Notes under the pieces: generated by a model
What the model saw: the letters and a program-made list of their open reading frames with translations, nothing else
Databases searched by the model: none
What the model was told of the DNA's origin: nothing
Program-made: the position numbers and the translations under genes
Part shown: piece after piece, positions 1 through 12,200 of the stretch
How positions within the stretch are numbered: position 1 is the first letter of the stretch
Layout of the letters: each line of letters begins with the position of its first letter
NCBI GenBank assembly: GCA_002633005.1
Contig: NMRA01000663.1
Location: forward strand, 100,388 to 164,387
DNA length: 64,000 nucleotides
Reading direction: 5' to 3'
Source of the DNA: Phoronis australis
Taxonomy: Eukaryota; Animalia; Phoronida

Positions 1-195
1 CGGAAAGACAAAGAATATAGTGCAGTTTTGTATTTTCCCTTCAACGCATTCTTGACATTGTGAAATTACATCACATCAGTTTGAAGGTAAATATTTTCGG
101 GCCTCTGAAGGCAAGCCAGATCTCCTGTTAGCCACGTGTATAGTAACATCGTTGTTTTATTAAAGTGGCAAGTGTACGGACTCAAAATGCTTTAC

Positions 196-329
196 CTCAC
201 CATAGTCTGGGGCACGTTCGTTTTCATGAATACAACAGCACCCTGTCTCTTCAGGACTTGAACAAGAACTGAGTCTTCAGGCCAAAACACACCGCACAGC
301 TGTGACATACCACAGCAGCTCTCGTAGCC
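196..329 (-). CDS. FAAH: FAAH-like exon 5
   Basis: ttgccag|GGC...AG|gtaaag; GYESCCGMSQLCGVFWPEDSVLVQVLKRQGAVVFMKTNVPQTMV. Confidence 0.92.
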
Positions 330-3300
330 CTGGCAAAACATGAACACTTGGTCCACCACTTTTTACATCATATGCTCAGTTAAGTGCCACACAGATTTTA
401 ACAAGTTTGTCAATGGAGCGATCAAAATCTCTAGCTCGCAATCTAATCAAGAAAATGTAGGAAATCATTTTGCACAATAAATAAACCCGCACCTTCTGTC
501 AAAAACCAACTTCGGGTTAACGATAAATCAGTTTCGTCTCCTTCCTTCCTGAGAAGAGATTTCTAGGTGAATCTCGACTTGGGTGTTCAGGGGCCACCAT
601 TTCTATTGAATTACATATCGAACATTCCTCAGGCATAACAAAATGGCTAAAAGTCAAACAATCTGTGAAAAAATGACAAATTGCAATAACACAAGTCATT
701 TTTACTTACTTTCACGTTATAATGATCCTTCACACTGACTGGTATCCCATAAAGACTGCCATTGGGAGAACTTTCCTCCAATGCCTTAGCATCATCCTAC
801 AATGAAGTTCAGAGCCCCATTCCACACAAAACTGGACGCACATTTTTGCATGAGTTTGTGAGCAGATTACTTACAATCCAAAACTGGTCCTCGGCCTGTG
901 ACCACCAACGGATTCTTAGTAAAGACCATGCAGATTATAAAACCATCGAAAGAAGCCACCAATGCAAAAATTTATGCGTCCCCACAAAATCAGAGTAACT
1001 TTGATGTGAATGATTGTAATTGTTCTTCAGGAGTGTTTGTAGCAGCCAGAAAACAAATAACATTTTATATACAGCCTTAGCCGGTAAATTATTTGATTTC
1101 TAAATGGACATGAAAGATGCACACTTCTTCCATAGTCCAGCTTGTCTATCTGTTTGGCTGTCTGTTAGTCTGCCTTTACTCACCTCAGCTTCTCGGATAT
1201 AGTCAACAACAAAATTGTACTTGGTATCTTCTTGGACAGCCTAGGGAAAAACAGCTGTATTTTTTGCAATGTTGATTCTAATCATAACAAAGGCCAGACA
1301 TCAAACACAAACACAAAATATTTTAACGAGAAGCCCACTTAATAGTCTTTGCTAGCAGTCTCCGTAATAAATAAAAACATGAGTTCTATAAAAAAGGAAA
1401 ATGGTTCCCTATAAACACGTTTATAGTCACTATAGTTTTTGAACTTAACGTCAATTTTCGACAAAGCTTAACACAACAACGTGCAGTCTATAATTTCATT
1501 TCATCCACAAATCCATTTCAAATTCTCACACAATGTCAAAATCTTTACACTTTGCATCTGGCTGCTTATTGGAAGACTGTTTCAACTAAAAACAAGATCA
1601 ACGCAGAGAATTGAAATGCGCCCACAAATGCACTGCAATCGAAGTGCTTCTAGAGTTATTCAATTCTATCATAAAAATGGTCACTAGATGGCACAACACA
1701 TCCAATCCAGCTGAAAACGGAACATGCCATTGCTTCTTCAAGAGAACACTATTCACCAAATTTCATAAAAATCTGTCAAGGAACTTCAGAGAAACAAAGG
1801 AAAGCGGAAAAAAATGAAATTGCCACTAGGGGACACAGCGTTTGCCTCAAAGTCATCCATTGTTAGCGTCATATAAATACTTAATAAATTTAACAAAGAT
1901 CCTGCAGTGGGTATAGGAGATACAGCTACGACCGCAAAACAAAACAAAACCACCACTAGGAGGTGCCACAGTAACCGAAGTTGTCAGCATAACCGTCCTC
2001 TTAACACTGAGTACACGCCAATTTTTCAAATCATCCTTAGAATGGTTTGGTTGATAGAGGGGTGGACGCCAAAAAACAGACTCGAAAACAGTAAACATGA
2101 CAACTACATTACAGCGTTCTGTCGTTCAGTAACTTTTCCAGACGTGAGGGGTGCTGAATGTGCGATAACATCTGGCTCTTTTGTTAATTGCCCAGCTCAG
2201 TCTTTTGTCCCATACGACAACAAGTAGGCCAATTATCTCCCAGGCTTCAAAGGGTTATTGAAACCTGGCAGAATGAATTGTCTTAACTTCTGTTGTAGAT
2301 GGGCGATTTTGGTGATTCAAAAACGGAACATGATCAGCATTTGACGAGGAATTCAGAAATGCTATTGGTTTAAGTCAAATATGTTATAACTTAACTTTCA
2401 TTTTTATCAGCCCTGCCCAGTCAGGCTAGATACCATCTGATCGGAGATTAGAGCAATTATTGAACAAAAGAGCGCAGGCCCTCCAACCATAAATGCCAGA
2501 ATGGAGTTAAGCAGTCGTGTAAGATATTGGCTGCAGGGGTAAACTTCCCAACTTGTTGTTGAGCTACAGAATCGAACAAGTTGGGAGCAACGGGATGTTG
2601 CCATCATGAGGTTGCGTAAAATACCTCCAATTTATACGAAAATGAGAGGACAGCATAACCGCAACAATACATGCCTATGTTCCAAATTTTATGAAACTCC
2701 ATTGAGGACCTTTGAAATGAATTATACAGACTGAGGTAAGCATAAAAAACTAAAAATGCACTAAAATTAGGGGCGCACTGCTAGTTTGATCTGTGCGAAA
2801 ATTGTCACTGTTGCTTGGCAACATCATACAAATAAATATGCTAAGTTTAGTAAAGATCCTGCAAACAGTTTAGGAGATACAGCCATGGGCACAAAAAAAA
2901 ACTGCCACCAGGAGGTGCCACAGTAGTTGAAGTCATCTAAAAATCGTTGTCAAACGTCCTCTTCATGGTAAGAACATATATGCAAATTCTCACAATCATC
3001 CTTAGAGCGGTTGGGTGTGGACGCTAAAAAACAGACTCCAAAACAGTAAAACTGGCCACTAGGTGGCGCAAACTACGTTGAATCCATCCAAAAACAAGAA
3101 GATAGTTTCATCTCACTATTAGATAACTACAATCCAAATTTTATGAAACTACATTGAGGACTTCCGAAGATACAGAGGTAAGGGTAAAAAAATAAAATTG
3201 CCACTAGGGGGCACACCGGTGGTCGGAGAGGTCCGAAATTCGTCGTCATTTGTCGTCATCAGCTTCATAGGAACACAACTGTCACATTTCATCAAGATCC

Positions 3301-4599
3301 TGGGAGGGGTTTAGGAGATACAGCTGCAGACGCCAGACAGAGAGAGATGACGGCAATATGCGACCACATATAAATATGATAGGCGCATAAAAAACATCAA
3401 ACTAATTTGTCGTGACAAAGGTTCAGTTTCATTGTCAAATATATAACAGACATAAATGGCATCAAAGTTTCGCTGAATTCAATAAACTTATGATGAAGCC
3501 TGTTCAATATATTTTGAAAACTGCAATTCTACAAACTCACAGCTACGGCTACATTAGGTCAATAAACGTCATTGAATTTCTACAGCACTATGATGACAGC
3601 CCATTTTGCTTTCATACATTTTACGTTTCAGATTCGCACCACCTTTACTGGTTGTTGACACTTCATCAGTGCACATACCTTTGCCTGGTAAGCCTGTAGA
3701 CATTCAGTAGGCTTCAATTCACCACTCTGCAGATGGTCTCTCAGCTGAGAGAGGCTGAACGATGTAATTTTGTTTACATTATCCTAAAAACAATAAAATG
3801 AAAACCAAAATCACAATCAACTATTGGTAAGTATACATCAAAGACACAACACAAAATCTGTGACATTGGGTTATTTAGATATAGACTTTCTATGAGTCAA
3901 AACAGTTTATAAAAGAATCATAACCCTTACGAAAAGTCATATAATTACAACAAAACTGCTCAAACAATGCGTATATTTATCATTACTTAATGACAGAAGA
4001 ACAATCTGACACTTAACGAAAATATGAAGCTGCAGCGACTCGCAGAACAGGTTACAAAATCAGTTTCTATATTACTACTAGTAGTCCTAATTTCTGTTGA
4101 ACTCTCAAACAGTAGAAATACCCACTAAACTACTGTAGAATAATATTTGAAGGAACATATCCAGGAATGCTGGTTGTGTTTGGTTCTGGAAGGATTGATT
4201 AAGATCTACCGTCAATTTGGGTGGTTATTTTGCCCTTCCGAGTCTCCTTTTCAATGAGTATATGAAAGAATAGGCAAAAGTGGTGTTGTTTAGGGTTTTT
4301 CATTATTTGTATAACTGTATTCTAAAGGAGCGTTTACACTCCCTTCTCATTTATGGAGAAGACGTACAACTCCTAGAGCTCACGTTATTTTCCAGACTTT
4401 CCACACACTCCTTCATCTTTCGCTTGCCATCTTTAACTTCCTTAATGCGTTTCAGTCGCTTCTGCCGCACGCTCAGATATCTGACCAGGCTATGCAAGGC
4501 CAAGCTGGAGGTGACAGTGACGAGTACGACTAGCAGATTACGAGGCGTGAGAAACTCAAGCACCACCGCCAGTAATTCTTCAGCAGACATCTCAGACAT
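196..4599 (-). CDS. FAAH: Fatty-acid amide hydrolase-like amidase, 5' part (5 coding exons; gene continues off left edge)
   Basis: GT-AG exons 4384-4599, 3679-3783, 1184-1240, 710-796 and 196-329 splice in frame to MSEMSAEELL...(hydrophobic TM segment)...QLRDHLQSGELKPTECLQAYQAK-AVQEDTKYNFVVDYIREAE-DDAKALEESSPNGSLYGIPVSVKDHYNVK-GYESCCG...DSVLVQVLKRQGAVVFMKTNVPQTM. This matches amidase-signature motifs of FAAH (LYGVPVSLKE with the catalytic Lys; GAVPFVHTNVPQSM). Confidence 0.9.
710..796 (-). CDS. FAAH: FAAH-like exon 4 (catalytic Lys motif)
   Basis: ttgtag|GAT...AAA|gtaagt; DDAKALEESSPNGSLYGIPVSVKDHYNVK. Confidence 0.92.
1184..1240 (-). CDS. FAAH: FAAH-like exon 3
   Basis: ttccctag|GCT...GAG|gtgagt; AVQEDTKYNFVVDYIREAE. 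Confidence 0.85.
1600..3394 (+). mobile_element. Helentron-associated (HINE/pearl-like) non-autonomous repeat with internal ~145-bp tandem monomers; interrupted by another repeat at ~2110-2600; left boundary approximate
   Basis: Repeated monomers (ccaaatttcat...gga gatacag...ccactaggnggc), then a GACAGA microsatellite and a 3' hairpin TATGCG...CGCATA followed by AAAAA at 3357-3394. The same architecture recurs at 45010-45662. Confidence 0.7.
2110..2600 (+). repeat. Interspersed repeat family A (copy 1)
   Basis: Clearly aligns with 9819-10890 and 60715-60990 (gggcgatttt...aaacatgatcagcatttgacgaggaattcagaaatgct...ggccctccaaccataaatgccagaatggagtta). Confidence 0.85.
3679..3783 (-). CDS. FAAH: FAAH-like exon 2
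   Basis: ttttag|GAT...AAG|gtatgt; DNVNKITSFSLSQLRDHLQSGELKPTECLQAYQAK. Confidence 0.88.
4384..4599 (-). CDS. FAAH: FAAH-like exon 1 (N-terminal TM anchor)
   Basis: ATG at 4599, 72 codons, followed by donor GTGAG; contains hydrophobic LLVVLVTVTSSLALHSLV then a basic stretch, as in the FAAH N-terminus. Confidence 0.8.
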
Positions 4600-5231
4600 T
4601 ACAGTATTGTAACGGAAAACTAAAAAATGAAGACTTAAATTACATTCCAGACCTTAGTAATACCGTAAAATCCCACCAATTTCGGACAAAAATAATTGTC
4701 AAAATTGCTCGTTTTTCAGTTTTCAATGGTTTCTAACATTGTGACCAAAATTTTTCAAAATATCATCTGATAGTAGCTATGATACAGAATTAGAAAATAG
4801 TAAAGCATTGATATGGCGTTACCAATCTTTTCTGAAAAATAAGAAAATTTCACTTGTCCCCAATATCTACGTCCTTAAATAGTGCAATTTTTCATGCAAT
4901 TACACAAATATTAAAACAAAAAACAGATGACCACATTCATGTAATGTGGATAATTTAAACCCCAAAAAGTTAATTTATTTCCATGGTGATTCATACATAA
5001 ATCATGCGCAAGAGTAAATAACTAACACGACAGTGCATGGAATGAGAATTAGAAAGTTGCTTGAGGGGACCTGAACAACATTGACATGCTCTTCTTCTCA
5101 GTGGGAAAACATAATATTATGCCAATTTTCTTAAAGATTCTTTAAACCGTTTCAAGGATTACAGAGGCAAAAATAGACTCAGGTGGCACAGAATATATCG
5201 AAACCATCCAAAAATAGGGCCAGCACCATCA

Positions 5232-7840
5232 CAGGCTTTCAAGCAGCTTTAGGCAAAAAAGTAAGAAAAAAGTAGGCCACATTTTCAAAAAAGTAGAAAA
5301 AGTAGGAACTGTGAAATGAAAAGTAGGAAAAAGTAGGCACAAGACAGGCTCATAGCTAGCATTGTGTGAGACTGGTTCAAATTTCTGGAATGGTGACCTT
5401 TGTTATTTTGCAAAGGTCAACATAGTAGGGGAATCGGTATACACAACAAGGACTCTCAGTTCTACTTTACTGAGACTAGACGGAAATGAGGATGCTGTGA
5501 AGATTGCTTGTAAAGAATGGTACTCAAATTCGGAGTCATGTGGTCCAGAAAGAGAACGTTTTTGCGTTATCTCCCACCACACTTTCAAATCAGGCGTGCT
5601 TAAATGATTGATTACACCTCATTACATACTTGGACAGAATTTCTTAGCCTGGGAATGACTTGATGAAATTTTTTATTTGGTTACATTATTGCACATTACT
5701 TACATCGCTGAAAATGGGAACAACCCACTATTCTTCACTAATCCGAAGGTTCTATATATCTAAAATTTCAGAATTAATTTTTATACTTTTGCATGCAAAA
5801 GTGAACCACACCTCAGTTACTAAGATGCACCTATACCAAAAGCAACATCCGGGTACTATTGATTTCATGCACATACGAAATTACCCGCATGTCTTTCTTA
5901 CAAATATGGAAAAATGAGTACGTTCTTGCATTTTTAAAAGGTTTCCAAACCCGGATTTGGTCTACTGACAGATACAAAAAATGACTTTCCCATCCAATTC
6001 TCTGAATAATGCTCTGTAACCCTCGATAACCCTCAAAAGCTTTTAACTTGGAAGATTGATGCCAGTGATGCATCAGTAAGTGACAGAATAATTTTTGGTA
6101 GCAATCATCATAACAGGGTTTAGTAGAATATGAAGTAAGAATATTGATGAATAATAATCAGCCATGTTACAGTCATCCAATCTGTCAAGGTCGCAACATA
6201 TCACAACGGGACTGAGCTAGTTTAGGACCGCTGCTCCTCAACCTAACCCAACAGAACAGCGCGCTCAGGTGGTCGAAAATGTAGTTAGAAGGTTTAACCC
6301 TGTCCCTACCAGTCTCCACAAAGTCAGAGTCTCATTCAGTCTTCTTAAATTTAAAACAGTCGTTGGTCACCGCAGCCCTGACCCATGCCCCAGATGTTGT
6401 CCCTGCTTGATAGTGAGTTGTTAGTTAGATCCAAGAATCATGATTCACAGTGATTGGGTCTGAGCTCATTTGTAAACAATGTAAGCGATGTTTTAAGACT
6501 ATTTAGCTCTTGCACACCCTTTAAATGGTTACTACATGATGGACCAGGCCTTTATGCAGGGGACTAGTCTGGACGCCCTGGCAAGGACGCCCAATGTATC
6601 ATTTGGAGGCCCACTGTCAATAGGAATCTTTCAAGTTTGGACTCCCACATTGTAATGAATACTAGGAAGCCTCTGAAGGCTCAGAGTGGGGGGGTTCTTT
6701 TTTTCAAAGCAGGAAGAAATATACAATGTACATACTTTGTATATACTTTGTATATACATTGTTGCTATTTTGACACCTGATTGACAGCATTGTAAAAGTC
6801 TTGGTCTATACATTTTTTTAGTAAAAATGCTCACCATAGAAGGCTGTTTTATAAACTTAGATGTAAAAACCTTGATCTATGCATTTATAAAAAATCTGTG
6901 TGTTTGGGGATATTGCTGGGGGTGGGGGGTTACGCGTCGGAATCATGGACACCCTGGAATATTGGGAACCCCATTTTGGACACCCTATTTTCAAAATCCT
7001 GGATAAATGCCTGTGCTGGACACAAATACAGTACTTTACTCATGTAATTTCCTACTCATTAGCAGACAATCACATCAGAGTTCTGGGTTCGGAATTGTGG
7101 ACATTCGAAATAATGAACTTTCGAAGGCAGCAAACCATCGGAGTAGCGAACCTTTGAAGTTAGTGTCCGACTTTCACAGTAGTGAACCTTTGGAATAGTG
7201 ACATGCAACTTTGAAAATCTTTCCATCAAATTTGTAGCTCGTATGAAGTCTGCAGTTCATTTTTGGGGGGTTTGTTATTCCTTAGGATCCATACACCGCC
7301 ATCTTATCTGCAAATCTCCAGGAAAATGTCGTCTTAAGATGTGGATATGGCGTCCCGAATTACTAAACTATCTTTTGGAAAAAGAATTTTTGTTGCACTT
7401 AAACGTTGAAATTAATCTTTAATTGTTCATTAATTACGTCAGCGTCTTAATTAATAACCCTAGGCATTTTTTCGTCTCAAGTTGCATCATTTTAATTTGA
7501 GTGAAATAAACTTGAAATGGATGTTGCACTCGAAATTTTATTTAAATGGATTTTTGGGTCCAGGGACCAAAGCCCAAGATTGGGTAACTTAAGACGCCCC
7601 TTTCCTTCAATGGTTGGTGACTTACAATAGAATTACAAAATTGGTTAGCATTACTGATGCTGGAGGAAGTCCACCGTGTGCTTTTCCTGATAATCTAAAA
7701 CGAATACTCAATACTCCAAAAACATAATTGAGATGAAAAATTTAGAGCAATAAGAAAAAAGTAGGAAATATTAGGAATTCCAGAAAAAAATAGGAAAAGG
7801 CCAAAAAAAGTAGGAGAAAGTAGGAAAGCTTGAAAGCCTG
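5232..7840. mobile_element. 2.6-kb non-autonomous hAT-like DNA transposon with 6-bp TSD
   Basis: Perfect 13-bp TIRs CAGGCTTTCAAGC / GCTTGAAAGCCTG, flanking direct repeat CCATCA (5226-5231 and 7841-7846), and AAAAGTAGG subterminal repeats at both ends. A weak hAT C-terminal-like relic (PDLKVWWE) lies on the minus strand near 5570-5595. Confidence 0.85.
6545..7013. mobile_element. hAT-type MITE nested in the 2.6-kb element
   Basis: Termini CAGGCCTTTA / TAAATGCCTG; flanks TGATGGAC and TGCTGGAC (8-bp TSD, 1 mismatch); related 5' end at 15372-15590. Confidence 0.75.
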
Positions 7841-9267
7841 CCATCACCTTCTAAATAGATAGCTAGTAGCTATTTGCCAAATTTCATATTTAGATGAGGC
7901 AAGCGCCAAATAAAACAATTGCTACAATAGGGAGGACACAGTGGTAGTCATATCAATCTGAAAATTTGCTCGTGATGCTCCATTGACAGAAGTGTGTCTG
8001 CAAAATTTCATCTAACAACAAAAGGATTACCAATGCCTTGACTTTTCAAGTTTTTTTAATGTAAAAAGGCGGGATAGTGATATGCAAGCGTATTAAGTTA
8101 ATTAAATTATTTCTTTTAATTAGTCGTTATGGACAATTAGGTAGGTACTGTCGTTTGAACATCAGTTAGCATACATGCAAAAACTTTTGCGCATAGTCAT
8201 ACGTGCTACATTACATTTAAGTTCCATGATAAAGGACTGCAAATAGAATTGTGACAAACTGGGAAATTAGTGGGTAAGGCGTGTTTATGCAGACAGTAGC
8301 GCCCTCTGTCTGTTCTGCAAGAAGTAAAGTTAAATTGGAATTCTTTGTCACAAGCTCTCTTAATATCATCGAGACGATTAACATAAAACTATAAAAAAGT
8401 TCAGCAAGCTTCACTTCGCTTTGCTTCATTGTCAGCTTTTTACCCACATATTTCTAGTTGTGTTTTGACCTTCAGATGTCAATCATTGCTGACTGAGGTC
8501 AGACATTGCATGCACAGATGCATTTAAATCAAAATACTACCACGTGGAAACAATGCAAACTTTCCCAACCCAAAAACGAAATTGTTGGTCACTTAAGCAA
8601 AAGACATTGAAAGAAATTGGTACAACTTCAAATCAGTGCAGTTCCATATCCAAACAAATTATTGAGAAATTCACCTTCACAGCGCCATCGATGCTCTAGG
8701 TTGTAGCCAGGCACTCCGCATATCGACTGCTCGAGCCACTGGTAAGAGTATTCAAATATTGGTGGAAGGGGAAGGGATGACGAGTGTCTGACAGATTTCG
8801 TTGTAAATGATGAAACAAAACAATTAATAACTTCTATTCAGTATTTCTTTAAAAAAATTGATAAATAGGTGTCTACTTTTGTGCTTTTATGGTGTGAAAA
8901 ATATTTTTGACAATATAGACAAACTCATTCCCCCCTCACATGTGTCCTGTCTTGGAATGTTCTAAACGGCTGATGAGCGAAAACATTTCAGTTCTGGTTT
9001 GTAGGATTGATTCGACGGTTAGTTCTGTAGTAATCATTGAGGTTCATTCAAATTTAGGTCTCTGAATACTTTCAACAGGAAAACTAGAGATATGGTTGTC
9101 TATTGAAGTGTAATTTGGACGTGGTAACTTCTTTTGCTGTTTGGTCGAGAAGGTGAGAAGTTTTCTCCCGTGTAAGCGCACTTGCTCTTGCGTTCTTTAG
9201 TGATGAAGGTGTATTAAAACGTTCCCGTTTCTTTGGAGAAAGACGCTGGTTGTGTTGTTTTCCCAGT

Positions 9268-9277
9268 ATGGTTCGAA
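9268..9277 (+). CDS. LRRC6: LRRC6 coding exon 1 (ATG GTT CGA A)
   Basis: ATGGTTCGAA|gtaagt; phase 1 joins TA of the next exon to give MVRITEDL. Confidence 0.8.
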
Positions 9278-12200
9278 GTAAGTTGTTTTCTGTTGTTAAA
9301 ATGGCAACAAATATCAACCTATGGCGTTAATTATTGAGATGTTCCCATACGGCATACAAATACAGACGGTACAGGAGAAACCAACAGTTAATACCCCAAT
9401 GTTGGTTCCGACGAAATTCCATTGATTTCAAGTCTGAACATAGCCACATAAAACTTAAAAGGCACATTGTAGGCCACCCATTTTCGACAATCACCCTACT
9501 TTGCACCGCCATGTACATTTTGTTATATTTCTAGAAAAGCTTCCTCTTTGTAATGAAACATACTTTCTTAGGCTTTCAAATGGTGTCGCCTAAAAGGAAG
9601 TCAGTCAAGACAACAAGAGACTAAAATTTTACAAGGGATTGGATAGAACTAGCAGACAACTCACTTGGCTCACAAAAGTGTATACCCTAAATCGACACCC
9701 CACAACTCATCATTTCGGAAAGCATGTCTCTAGAATTCATAGTGATTTTCCGAGGAGTAGTAATTCAATTAAATTAGATTGAGGAACTTTCAGTATTATT
9801 TGGTGTACGTTAATTTCTACAGCGTTTTCAGTGACTTAACCAGACGTAGGGGGTGGTGAGCGTGTGATAACATCTAGCTTCTTTGTTAACTGCCAAGCAC
9901 AGTCTTTTGTCTGTTATGACAACAGGCAGGCTAATTATCTACCAGGCTTATTACGGACCACCTGTGAACGCAGTCAAACCCAGAGTGAATTGGTGTATTC
10001 AGAAAGAATAGCTTGTTGTAACTTCGGTTGCAGCACAGGCGTCCTCAGCTTCTGATCGTCCCCAATACACTACATATAATACTACAAGGTATGACACTTC
10101 GGACTTGAAATTCCACGGGTGCTCCACTTCAGCCGTCCGTAGCAAATATAAAACTCAATAAATTTGCACAAAACAGGGGTTCAACAAACCATGAAGAATT
10201 TTTCTTTCTCCCAATACCATTCACGGTGTCCTGTTACGGCGACTTCGTAAGAAATTCGCAGTCAAAGAACAAAAATGTTCACAAAAAGCCCCCACACACG
10301 TTCTCCCTAGGCCCGTCGAGGTCAAGGACGGTTACGGAAATTGCCGGTGAGTTACGGAAGTAGCGACATCGTGACTTTACGCGACAAAGCGGCAATTTCC
10401 GTACCGTCCGTGACCTCGACGGGCCTAGGGAGAACTTGTGTGGGGGCTNGCAAATTTATTGAGTTTTATGTTTGCTACGGACGGCTGAAGTGGAGCACCC
10501 GTGGAATTTCAAGTCCGAAGTGTCATACCTTGTAGTATTATATGTAGTGTATTGGGGACGATCAGAAGCTGAGGACGCCTGTGGGTTGCAGTTGGGCGAT
10601 TTTGACAATTCAAAAACTAAACATGATCATCATTTGACAAAGATTTCAGAAATGCTATTGGTTTATGTTCAAATATGTTATAACTTAACTTTTATTTTTA
10701 ACAGCACAGCCCAGTCAGGGTAGATACAATCTTATTGTTGATTAGAGCAAGTATCGAACAAAAGAGAGCTGGCCCTCCAACCATAAATGTCAGAATGGAG
10801 TTAATCAGTCGTGTAAGATATTGGCTATGGGGGTAAACTTTCCAACTTGCTGTTGGGTATAGAATTGAACAAGTTGGGAGCAACGGGAAAACACCGTAAG
10901 GTCCTTCAAATTTGCATCACTCTCTCTCTCTCCAACCATAACTTGGAAGTCTTACATGTAGCTCACTTTCAGTGTTTCATGTGTATCACCTTAGTTGGGC
11001 ACCAATTTTGGGACCTAAGCCCAATCAAGCCTCCAAACAAGTCAGCTAACAGGCAATTACCCATTGACAAATGATATAGAAAGGATTTTACAGCATGACA
11101 TAACCAGAAGTAACGTACATTTATATTATTTACCAACTTTTAGCATAAATGGGCCATCAAGTACATCTTGTGTATGTATTGTCTTTTGAAAATGTTTTTC
11201 TTCAGTTCTTTATACATTTAGTTCTTTGTATCTTGGTATTTCTTGTTCAGAACTTGTGTCAGGCCTATACAGCTTTGCTGAAAATGTGTCCTGGAATTAT
11301 AGAGAAAGTAACATTTGGTAACCGGGGTATTTCTGCTATAAAACTGAATGGTCATGTTTTTGCTTTTGTTCTCAGTAACGGAAGATTTGGTTCGGAAACG
11401 AGCTGAGCACAATGAGTGTGAGATTTCAACTTTAGAGGAAGTTTCCCTTCATCAACAAGACATTGAAAGGTATTGTTTACAATTTATGAGTGTACTCGTA
11501 CTCTTGTGGTCCATCAATAGGTTAAGTGGAGTTACAACATTTATGATAACTGAAGAGGTTTAGCGAATTTAGAAAATGATAAACAAAGACGCAAATTTAA
11601 AAAAGGATTCAACAATATTAAAGACTATTCAGTTTAGGGTAGTAGTCACTTACAGTGGTCTCGCATTCCAAGAAACAGTTTTCTCTACTAAATAATGAGC
11701 ATCAAATCGTAATATTTGTTTTGTTGAACTATACATTGTTGTTCGGCTTAGTGCAACATGTGGTCACGTTTTGAACACCGTAGCGAGCAATAGCCAATTA
11801 AGAAGTACAAAAAATAAATTAAAGCTACGTTATTTTATTTTTGGTCCAAATAGAAGAATTTTTAATAGATGTAGTGATCACCACATTCAGAAATTTTGAT
11901 CAAGTTGTTTGATTTATTTAATGATGCAGTGTTTCCATTCACTCGTATAAGTATGTTTTATTGACATGTAAATGCAGTTTATACTGAATTGAAGGCTTGG
12001 ACATTTTCATGTGTTTCAGAATCGAGTACTTAGACAAGTGGTGCCGAGAGTTAAAAATTCTTTACTTACAGAGCAACCTTATACCAAAAATAGGTAAGAT
12101 TAGTGTTTGATCAAAGTATTGTTAAAAAGTTGAAAATTAAATTATTGAAATATCAAAAAATTCTTTTTAAAAAATAGTGTTTCACTTTATTGGCTATGAG

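Noticed and set aside
4280-4612. 110-aa plus-strand ORF
   Set aside because: Antisense shadow of FAAH exon 1.
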